Shown: in pieces, positions 19,330 to 30,300 of the stretch
Numbering within the stretch: position 1 is the first letter of the stretch
Layout: the number at the start of each line of letters is the position of its first letter
From: Candidatus Nanoarchaeia archaeon
GTDB taxonomy: Archaea > Nanobdellota > Nanobdellia > Woesearchaeales > SKIA01
Assembly: GCA_028279685.1 (NCBI GenBank)
Contig: JANQNG010000053.1
Span: 12,347-76,346 of the forward strand
Direction: 5' to 3'
Length of the DNA stretch: 64,000 bases
Program-made: the position numbers and the translations under genes
Notes under the pieces: generated by a model
Database searches by the model: none
What the model saw: only the letters and a program-made list of their open reading frames with translations
Told to the model about the DNA's origin: nothing

Positions 19330-19479
19330 GTGTTATCAAAAACCGATGCAAATGAACTGATCAAAGAAGCTCAGGAGTATGCTTCAGCTGCCAAAGAGCT
19401 TGCGAAAGCACTTGGTGCTGAAAAAAGAATAAAGACAAGTTTAGAAAAGCTTCAGAATGAAGTATCTTCATTAGCATGA
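19330..19479 (+). CDS. 49-aa helical microprotein (not in ORF track)
   Basis: GAGGTGAG SD, GTG start: MLSKTDANELIKEAQEYASAAKELAKALGAEKRIKTSLEKLQNEVSSLA. Confidence 0.6.
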   Translation: MLSKTDANELIKEAQEYASAAKELAKALGAEKRIKTSLEKLQNEVSSLA

Positions 19480-19481
19480 AC

Positions 19482-20201
19482 TCAAACAAGATTGAAACGT
19501 TCGAGGTTGCCCTTATGCTCATACAATACTATTTGTTTTATTTCTACTGTCCTGGAAAGTTTATGGTTGATCAACCATAGATCCGATGGGATAATATTAA
19601 GCGATGCTATTTCTTCAGGTGAAAACCATTGTAGCTCTCCATGTTCTGATTTTTTGCATGTAATAGTATCAACCTGAACTTTTGTGAAAAAAAGCATAAA
19701 GCTATGTTTAATCATATTGTCTCCTTCTACATGTTCATGCATAACTGCATTAGTGGAGATAAATGATCCTTCTAACCCAGTTTTCTGCTTCACAAGCCTT
19801 AAGCTAGCTTCTTCAATATTTTCTTCAAGAAGAATCTTCCCTCCTATTAGAGACCAATATCCTTTGTAAGGTCTTTTGTTTCTTTTGATAAGAAGAATAT
19901 GATTACTGTTTGTTATAGCGACAAGTGCAACAGGAAGAGGACTCATTTCTGTACCTATAATATGGGGAAATACAGGAATACATCTTTCTGCATTCTTAGT
20001 GAGATAATAATAGAAACCTTTTTTCTCAAGTAATCCATCTTCTTGCATCTTCTCAATATGATAAGCAATCATATTTGACCTGATAGTATTATCTTTATTG
20101 AGTGCTTTCTCTATATCGCTGAATTTTAGCTTATTATTATTGAGAAATAGTTGGAATATCTCTTCCCTTTCCTTCTTAGCTAAACTACCATTATATTTCA
20201 T
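19482..20201 (-). CDS. wHTH-NUDIX fusion (probable regulator)
   Basis: LKFSDIEK..SNMIAYHIEKMQEDGLL wHTH; degenerate Nudix box WSLIGGKILLEENIEEASLRLVKQKTGL. Confidence 0.8.
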   Translation of the reverse strand: MKYNGSLAKKEREEIFQLFLNNNKLKFSDIEKALNKDNTIRSNMIAYHIEKMQEDGLLEKKGFYYYLTKNAERCIPVFPHIIGTEMSPLPVALVAITNSNHILLIKRNKRPYKGYWSLIGGKILLEENIEEASLRLVKQKTGLEGSFISTNAVMHEHVEGDNMIKHSFMLFFTKVQVDTITCKKSEHGELQWFSPEEIASLNIIPSDLWLINHKLSRTVEIKQIVLYEHKGNLERFNLV

Positions 20202-20261
20202 GACTATTCCCCATCTAGTCGAAGAAATTCGAGGAATTATATAAAAATTATTGATTTCTTC

Positions 20262-20753
20262 ATGCAACTGGTGATATTCTTGGTTAATGAGAAAATAAGA
20301 GCGAAAGTTCATTATATAGCGGTTACGGGGATTGTAAGAAAAGGCAATAAATATCTGATCTGCAAGAGAAGCCCTAATGAGAAGGCGTTTCCAAATAAAT
20401 GGTGTGTGCCTGGTGGAAAGGTAGAAGTAAATGATTTCATCAACACCAATAAAGATACAAAAGATCATTGGTTTGATGTCTTTGAGAAAGTATTAGCAAA
20501 GGAAATTCTTGAGGAAACAAATTTGAAGATCAAGAATTTTGGTTATGTTTCTAATTTAGTATTCATCAGACCAAATGGATTTTCCACAGTCATTGTGAGC
20601 CTTCATGCAGATTATGCATCAGGAATAGTAACATTGGCCGAAGATGAGCTGATAGATTATGCGTGGGTCACTTTGGAAGAAGCCAAAGAATATGATCTCA
20701 TCGAGAATATCTGGGAACAGATAGCAATAGTTGATAAGAAGCTAAAGTCGTAG
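20262..20753 (+). CDS. NUDIX hydrolase
   Basis: WCVPGGKVE..LAKEILEETNL; start uncertain. Confidence 0.85.
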   Translation: MQLVIFLVNEKIRAKVHYIAVTGIVRKGNKYLICKRSPNEKAFPNKWCVPGGKVEVNDFINTNKDTKDHWFDVFEKVLAKEILEETNLKIKNFGYVSNLVFIRPNGFSTVIVSLHADYASGIVTLAEDELIDYAWVTLEEAKEYDLIENIWEQIAIVDKKLKS

Positions 20754-21149
20754 TTTTTTGTCGATATCTTTTGCTTTTCTTTTGATGAAATCAAACGCTT
20801 CATTCATTTCACCTTGGATCTGTTCTGTAAGCTTTTCAAGATTTTCAACTTTAAGGAAATACTTGTTTCTGGTTTCAGCTACAATGCCTGCTTCCATTAA
20901 TTTATTGAGATGGTGCACCACCGTTCCTCTGGAAAGACCTACTTCGAAAGCAAGTTCATCAGAACTCATCTGCCTATCTTGCTTCAATGCTCTAAGAAGT
21001 GCAATGAAGAGTCTAAAACAGCTCTGTTCTTTATCTCTTTTGTTGAATAAACCTAAAGTTTGACCAAACCATTGTAATTCTTCATTGATATTCTCTCTCT
21101 GAGGTATTTTACTCTTGATAATAGTTATCCTGCTGAAGCTAATTCCCAT
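20742..21149 (-). CDS. ArsR-like winged-helix transcriptional regulator
   Basis: SSDELAFEVGLSRGTVVHHLNKLMEAGIV. Confidence 0.85.
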   Translation of the reverse strand: MGISFSRITIIKSKIPQRENINEELQWFGQTLGLFNKRDKEQSCFRLFIALLRALKQDRQMSSDELAFEVGLSRGTVVHHLNKLMEAGIVAETRNKYFLKVENLEKLTEQIQGEMNEAFDFIKRKAKDIDKKLRL

Positions 21150-21238
21150 AAATTTGTAATAGTCTAGTGGTATATATAGTTATCCATTAATTTCTCCACG
21201 GGAAAACAATGCAGTTAACTTCAGAGTTAAGACAAATC

Positions 21239-21246
21239 TTTATATA
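21239..21246 (+). promoter_or_regulatory. TATA box of the giant surface-protein gene
   Basis: TTTATATA preceded by an A-rich BRE-like stretch, about 60 nt before the start. Confidence 0.5.
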
Positions 21247-21308
21247 TACTATTTAAGTAATAACACCAAACATAGGGGAACACAAAAGAAGTAATTGGGG
21301 GGTTAGTA

Positions 21309-24300
21309 TTGAACACTGAAATAAATAATAGACTATTCAGTCTCTATCTTGTGTTCTTACTGCTTTTTGCTCCCTCTATTCATGCTGCAACACTTTCTGG
21401 AACAATCTACTCCCCCACAGATGAGTTTGCTTCAGGATACAATATCTCGATAACCCAACAAAGCATTGTTCTTAACACCACTACAAATGGTTCAGGATAC
21501 TATAACTTTACTGGATTAAATGAAGGAGATGCTTATTATTTCAAGTTAGCAACAGGTTATTGGAATTATCCTTTCTTATCATTCTTCACTGATCTTTCTA
21601 GTGTAGAATTAATCAATGTCACGGGCAATACTACTATAGATCTTACTGCCTATAAAGCAACATTCGTATCAAGTCTTCCTGTTATTGCTTCTGATCATCA
21701 AAATGGTTCATTGATCAATGTCACGATAAATATTACTAATCTTGATACTATTGACGTCGAGAATTATAGTATAATTTTCGAGCTGCACAATGATAATGGT
21801 ACAGAGATGCTTACTGATTCGATACTGGAAGGTCTCACGTTACTTGCTAGTACGACACAAAATTATTCCATTGCACTTACGGTGCCAAACAATGCTACTG
21901 AGGGAGTTGCAGATCTTGTGCTACAAGTTGAGCAGATGCAAAACATTACTGATAATTGGGGTAATTATTCTCTTCTCCAAAGCAGAAATATTACTTCACG
22001 TTCTATAACGATTAACACAACAAGTCCTCCTGTGCCTGATATGCCTCCGAATATTTCGGTGTTGTTGGAGGAACCGTTGGATGGTTCGGTGTTGGTGAAT
22101 GATACGAATGTTTCTTTTATTTTCAATGTAACTTCTGATGAGGATAGTTCGTTTAATGTGAGTTGTGATTTCTGGACGAATGCAAGTGGTAGTTGGACGA
22201 ACAGTAGTGGCTTTATTGATATTACTAATCTTGCGGCTAATACGACAAACATATCGCAGTCATTTTGGAATGAGAGCTTAGGATTGGCTGGTTCTTACAC
22301 TTGGAATGTGCGTTGCTGGGATGAAAATAATCTGAGCAATTACGCATTTGCTGCGACAAACAGAACATACAATGTAACAGAACCAATTGCTGGTATTGCT
22401 AGTGAACTCTTCAATTACACTGTGCAAAAAACATTGATGTCTGGAGATCCTGCTACGGTTGGAGATATGAATATATCATTTCTGATTAATATCACTAACA
22501 TAGGAGGGACAAATCTTTCTACAATCTATGTGAATGATACTTTTGATGGTGCTGAAATAGCTTATAACTATTCATCGTTGACTTATACGACATTAGGTGT
22601 TGATTCAATAGTGTGGGACAACCTTACGAATATCTCAGGCATAGAAATGCTCGAACCAGATAACTCGATTCTCTTGACAGTGAATTTCTCTGCTATTGCT
22701 GCAACTGCGGACACCGTTAATATGGTATTTGTGAATGCCTCTGATGAAGTAGGTAATGAGAGTACAAGCATCCTGAATGCGACAGCGAATCTAGGCATTG
22801 TTGATCTTCCAGGAAATTTCACTCCTGCTGCAATCCTGATCAATCTGCTGCAGCCTATGAATCTTTTTGTTACTGATAATGCAACGAATATAACATTTGA
22901 GTTTAATGTAACATCGGCAAGAGAGAATGATTATCGTGTTGACTGTGGATTGTGGTGGAATGTTTCTGGAGTATGGAATCATTCCGGTCAGAGCAATATC
23001 ACGAATCTACTGGCAAACACAACGAATCTTTCAGAAGATTCATGGAATCTTACGGTTTCAGTGCCTGGTGATTATGAATGGAATGTCTATTGTTTCAATG
23101 CCACAAACTCAAGTGAATTTGCGTTTGCTGCGCAGAACAACACTTTTAATGTGAGTGATGCTGGTGCTCCAGAGATGCCTGTGATGATCAACATCACACT
23201 AACGCAACCATTGGATAATGCAGTCAGCGACAACGAGACAAATATCTCGTTTATGTTTGATGTGACCTCTGATGCTATGTCCGCGTTCAATGTGAACTGC
23301 AGTTTCTGGTGGAATGTTTCTGGCGTATGGGCTGATAGTGGATTTGAGAATAAGACAGGGCTTGATGCGAACATGACGATGATGACTACTGAGTTCTGGA
23401 ATGTTACTGTTCCTGCAGTTGAAAGTTATGAATGGAATGTGTTGTGTTGGGATGATGCAAATGCAAGTGAATTTGCATGGGCTCAACAGAACAGGACATT
23501 CAACATCACAGCAGCAGCCATCGCACAAACTGAAGGAACGAATATCACTGTAGATAAATCATGTAATGCAACGGTGAATGTATCTGATACGATTGAATGC
23601 CTTGTGAATATCACAAGCTCAGATATCAACAACATGACTGAGGTATGGTTATATGATGATCATGACTTTGCGTTCCTTAACTTTACTAATCAGTCAACCT
23701 GTCCTGTTCACAACTATAGCAACAGTCCTGGTGTGGACGGCAGTTATGTAAATGTCAATCTCACCTCCTGCTATGGTGGCTTTAATCTGACATTGGGCAA
23801 TTCGTTCCTTGTCTATCTGAACTTCACTGCATTGAGCGGTCTTGGCAATGAGACGATGAATATGGTAAATGTCACCTTCCAGTCAACGAACGGTTCTACA
23901 TTCTATCTCAATGCAAGCACGCTCATTATGGTGATGAATGATAGCGGCGGAATGCCTCCCTCAGAAAGCAGTGCTCTTATCGTCAATAAGTCAATTCTCA
24001 ATTCAGGAAATTTCACAGAAGGAGATAATATCACGTATCATATCAATGTCACTAACAATCATAGCATGTTGAACATGACTTCTATTTTCGTAAACGATAC
24101 CTTCCAAGTAAGTCAGCTAGAGTATCTTGATGCAAATGTCACTAATACATCTGGCGCATCAAACTTTGCATCCTGGAATGACATTATTAACCTTGCAGGA
24201 ATAGGAAGTCTTGAAGCAGGACAGTCATTGTCGATGTATGTCAATTTCACTATTGTGATCAACACTGGAGAGTTTACCAACACAGTAACGGTGAATGGCA

Positions 24301-27300
24301 CGCTTGAAAGTGGATTCTCTGAAGAGAATTCTTCTACAGTTACTGCTTCAGCTGGAGATGCAGGAGGAGAGTCTCCAACCATGGGTAATTATACACCTAT
24401 GTGGAATGAGGCAAAGTATGCGCAAAACGTCACGATTGATGACTTTGATTTCTTTGGAGCGCCGTACGTGGCAAGGGACAAAGGATGCGGCGGTCAGATG
24501 CAGGAAGAGAACACCAGTGCCGTAGCTGGGCAGAACTGCCACAATGATGGCATGATGAATCCTTCTGCTGATGGAAGTATTGCATTAGATCTTGGTGCTG
24601 TCTGGGTCGATGAGACATACGACTTCATGGCATGGAAACTTAAAGGACCATTCTCAGATCCTAATTATCATAACCTTAGTGTCTGTGGTGGAAATACAAG
24701 CTATGCTGCGTATGTTGTTGAGTTTGATGTTGATGACAACATATCAACAGGCTGCAGTACATCAAATATGTCTGAAGGATGTTATCCTGGTAGCGATTTC
24801 CAGATTTGGTATTTCCCTGATGACCATAACTCCTTATTTGCCTATTATAATGGCAGCGAACCTAGTGCATGGGGTCCGAATGATGGTGGGGCTTGTGTCG
24901 ATGGCATCTGCTTTGTAGCTAACACTTCAGTAAATGTCTCGATGAATGTCTCCTGTACAGGAGAAGGTATTACTATTGTGGTTAACAAGACAGATCTTCT
25001 CATAGCAAATCCTGCGTTGAACTTTGAGACGAACTCATTCAATGTAACACAAGCAACAACAAATCCTATTGATATGCTTACGAATTGGGGAGGAAGTGGA
25101 TTCATTGAAGCATTCTTTTTTACAGGTCCACAAGAAGATGTGGGAAGTTGCTTCCAATTTGATAACAATGAACAAGGATGTATTAATGCGTCTGATAATT
25201 TTTACTGTGTGTGGCAGGACTTTGGCGGAGGTAATGGTCTTTGTGATCCTGACTTCAATAACTTCCAAGAAGGTCAAGCTTGTTTTACTTATGATAACCA
25301 GACTGCATGTGAAAACAGCGATATTGGATATTGTGAATGGTTGACAAATGTTCCTGATCCAGACAATCCAGGACAAACACAAAATATTTGTGTTGAACAG
25401 TTTAATCCATTCTTGATTAGTGGTGGTGGAGATTGTGATACAAAATGTTTCGACTGCTTCAGCCAGACACAATGTGAAAACAGCAATGCTAATGGCGGAA
25501 GTGAATATGGTGGTTGTGAATGGTATATTGATCCGTTCAATCAAGTGGGATTCTGTGAAGCAAAAGGTATGAAGTTTGGTTGTGCAGAGAATCCAAGAGA
25601 TTGCTTTAATCAGACAGGTTGTACAGATGCAAATTGGCATTGGAATAATACATGGATGCTTTGCGCAGAAGATAGTTTAACGGAGATTTGTTTTAATGGA
25701 GTTGATGATAATGGTGATGGACAAATTGATTGTTCAGATAATGACTGTTTTGAAGAAAAAGAATGCGGTGGTCAACTCAATACATTAACAGGAGATTATC
25801 AAGGTATGAGTGCAGAAGAAGCAATCATGTCTTACTTCTTTGGAACAGGAGATCCAAACATTATACATTTGAAAGATGATAATGCTTCTGAAAATATAGG
25901 TGACTTATTCAATTTGACAAGTTTCAAAGTAGTTGTGGGGCCAAGAGGGATTGGTATGGGTATTGGACTTCAGAATATGTCAACGCTTAGCGCTTGTGGA
26001 GGAAGCATTGATGATCATAAATACATTTATGCATTAGATACTGATGCTAATAGTTCTTCAGGTTGTAATCTAACTATTGATGGTACACAGAAAGAGGGCT
26101 ATGAATATATAGTCAAATATGGGAATTTCTCAGTTGCTAATGAATCTGGGCAAGAAATGTATCTCTATCATTGCCTGCTTGATCAATGGCTGCTCAAGCC
26201 AGGATTAGTTGTGACGCCTCCTGCAGGAGAAGATCTTGATCCTGGAGAACCTGCCATAATGGAATGTCAGACATTAGCAACTACTCCTGATGAGGGTGCA
26301 GTTGCTGCGGTTATTATTGACAAGGCAGATATTGGTAATCCAAAAGAAGATATGAGATTTTTTGTAATGGTTGCTAATGTAAGTTATAACGGAGGTTGGA
26401 ATAATCTGTCGAATCTTAGTGCTGTTGATCTCATTGAGAATATCTATTATACTCCTGGCACTATTGGTGCTGAACCTATCGATTGTTTCCAAGAACCAAC
26501 AAAATGTGGTGCTGGCTTTATGCAGATTGGTGGCGGAGAGTTTATGCCATTTGAAGATTGTTTAGGTTCTGGAGATGAAGATATTGATGATCTTGTTAAC
26601 TGTGCTGATCCTGATTGTTTCTTTGCACCTCATTGTCAAGGCAGTCAAGACTTATTCGATGTGAGCAGTGATGTGACTGCACCAACTATTACGCTTGCAA
26701 AAGCAGATACTTTCGACGATGCTGCATTTATCTCCTGGACGAACAACGAGCCAACAAATGGAAGTCTAAGATTTTATCATAATGATAGCGCATGTTCTAC
26801 ACTTAATATAACCATTATTGATGAGGGATTGCCAGGATCTTTTGATGATTTCAAACCTTGGCATGGAGTGCCATTAGATCCAATGTCATTAAGTTATTCG
26901 CTCAGCGCAAGCACAACATATTATTATAAGATCTATTCAACTGATCGCGCAGATAATATAGGCGTTTCAGCTTGTTTGAACTTTACGACACTAGGATCTC
27001 CTCAGAATCTTTCCATGGTGATTAATTTCACACCACCCGTTAATGATACAGGTGATTTCTTAGGTAATCTCAGTATGGATCTCAATGGAGAACCATTCCA
27101 AATAGACAATACTAATTCAAAAGAATCATTGTTTGATGCAAACATTACTTTGTATAATCCGAGTGCAAATGCATCAAAGAACTGGAGTATTGAGCTTATA
27201 GAAGCAGATATCTTTCAAGATATGGTGTTTGACTTTAGTAGTGCATTACTGGCTAATGATTCTGGCGATCATGATGAAAATATTGGTATGGATGGCTATA

Positions 27301-30300
27301 GTTGGATGAACATAGCGCAGAAATTTGGCGTCGAGTATATTATTATTAAAATTCCAAATAATGGTGAAACACTCTATCATTGTCAGGATAATGGTACTAA
27401 TTGTACTGATGTGACGAGCACAAATGGTGTAGAACTTCTTGAAACAACTGCAGATTATACGAAATGGAAGATTCCTACTACACTAGGATTCTCAACGTAT
27501 TCAGCAGGAGGATCGACAAATGAGACATTCAATCTTACTTATGCGAATCTCACAACAACAACGCAAACAATCAACACATCGCAAAACACATTTTATCTTG
27601 TCAATGTTACTAATAATGACAATGTCACAAGAGGATATAATTTTAGTCTTGAGATAAGCGGTTCAGTAGATTGGGCAATCAACAACTCAGCAGGTCTTAA
27701 TAATATAGTATTTGCTGTCAATGAAAGTCAAGTATTGAATGTATCAATGAATTCAACCACAGAAGGAACGTATGCTTTCAATATTATTGGCATTAATGCT
27801 ACTAATGCGAGCATTGTACTCAATTCAAGCGAAGATTTGACATTGACACTTGTTGTAACGAATTGTTTCAGGCCATCAAATAGTACCACTGTTGTACTTA
27901 ATGAATCAACAACACTTTGTGCAGGAACGTATAATAAAACCAGATTCCAGTTCAATGCTGATAATATTACACTAGACTGTAATGGTGCTATCCTCGATGG
28001 TCAAAATACAACTTCATATGCAGTACAGGTACCAAATGGTATTGATGGTACAACATTAAAAAATTGTAATATCACAAGATATGATAATGCCTATGAAACA
28101 CAATTTATTGGTGACCCTGCAGCATATGACTATGTCATTAACAATACCTTCGAAGAAAATGAGTATGGGGTGTATCACGTTAATAATTATCTTGTGATGA
28201 TTATCAATAACACATTCTATGATAATGAATGGGGTATCCATTGGGGTAATAACGATTTCGGACTTATTCAGAACAATAACTTCACAAGACATAACTATTC
28301 TGCTATTGAGTTTGACAGTAGCTCAGTTATCAGGCATGCTGCTATTGTCGATAACTATTTCGAGGAAAATGCACTTAAGGGATGGCAAAACGCAATAGAG
28401 ATTGATGGCCAACCAGAGGATATTCTAATCCATAATAACACATTCATCAATAACAATAATTCGAACATACAAGCCTCATCAAGCTTTGCTATGGTAAGAT
28501 TCAACATCACGAACAATTACATTAGCAATGTTAAGAACGGAACAACAAGAAATGCTATTACACTCTATGATGTCCAGAATTTCTATATAGCGCACAATAC
28601 ACTCCTTAATGTCAATGGTTCAGGTATTTATGCAAGCTCAGGAACTAATGCTAACATCACTATCTACAATAATACTATTAAACATGGAGGTCTTACGAGT
28701 ACTAGTGCAGGAATATCCTTTGTTATAGGTGTCTACAATAGTACTATCACTGATAATTTTGTGGAAAACTTCTCTTATCCGATTTATCTATATGGCTACT
28801 CAGGAGATAATGTTGTCTATAACAACATCTTCAATCTTAGCGTCAATCCTGCCTACAATGGCAATAGCACAAATCAATTCAACACAACACTCAATTGTTC
28901 ATCAACAAACATCATAGGTGGGTCTTGTTACGGAGGTAACTATTGGGCGAATGCTACTTCAGGACAAGGATTCTCGCAGAGCTGTACTGATGCTGATAGG
29001 GATGGTATCTGTGATTCTACATACAACATTTCTGGAGTTGTAGATTATCACCCATTGACCAATGTAGGTAATGATACCTATTCAGATCCATACGAATATG
29101 ATGATGTATACACCAGTGCTAAAGGAGTCTTCACTGATGGTACTTGGCAATTCCACAATCTCAGCAATGCATCTGATATTGACTGGGTCAACTTCTCAGC
29201 CTCGGATGAAGAAGCTTATCTTATTGATACTACTAATTTCAGTGTGACAGGAACAGGAGCAGGACAATTAGATCTCTATATGACAATCTATAATGCTTCT
29301 ATGACTGCTCTTGAGACAAATGATGATGCGAATAGTGGAACCAGCAACGCAAGAATTAAATTCATTGCGCCATACGACGGTATATTCTATGTCAAAGTGC
29401 AGGACTATGACAGCACTAAGACATACGGAAATCTTAGTTATGCCATACAGGTTGAAAAACAAGGAAGACTTGTTGTTGTTCCTGTTAGTCATGCTGCTCA
29501 GAGTTCTTCTAACTACACATTACATACTACATTTAACGTGACTACTGCAGTGACTTGTCAAGGAGGTCCATGCCGTGAAGTGGTTGCTATTCTTGATCCG
29601 GAGCCGAAAATTAACAAAAAGATTCTCGATGACATTGAAAAGAAAGGAAAAGCAAATGTCATCATTAAACTAAAAGAGAAAGAAGAGAAAAAAGAACCAT
29701 TCTTTGGTATTTTTGCTTCTGATAAAGATGTGAAAGAAGAATTCCTTGATTCTATCAACACGAGAAAACTAGGTGAAGAAGAACCGCAAGGATTCTTTGC
29801 TGGAGTTGCAAGAGCATTAGGTATAGAACAAGAACCTGATCTTATTGTGCAACACACTTATGATGTGGTTGACGCAGTTAGCGGCGAGATTACGTCAGAG
29901 TCAATAGAAGCATTGCTAGAAAATGATCTTATTGAATCAATTGAATATAGTGTGCCTGTGTTTGCATCATTGTTTGATACCGTCGATCTGATCAATGCTT
30001 CGACAATGCAAAACTACGCAATCAACAGCACATACATGAATGGCACTGGTGTAACCGTATGCGTAATTGATTCTGGTATTAATTACACGCATCCTGATTT
30101 CGGTTCTTGTAGTCTAACTAGTGACATTAATGATGGTAGCTGTCCAACGGTTATTGGAGGTATTAATTATTGTGTTGATGAGGCGTGCACATCTACTGAC
30201 ATGAATCCAATTGACACGTATGGACATGGATCGCATGTTGCTGGTATTATAGCTTCAAGAGATGCGACGTATACAGGAGTTGCTCCAGGAGCAAAAATTG

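Noticed and set aside
19482-20468. Full 328-aa ORF as listed, and similar long N-terminal extensions of grpE, ykgJ, dnaK, dph5 and cca
   Set aside because: The extensions overlap neighbouring genes or promoters; downstream ATGs with SD or family-typical N-termini fit better.
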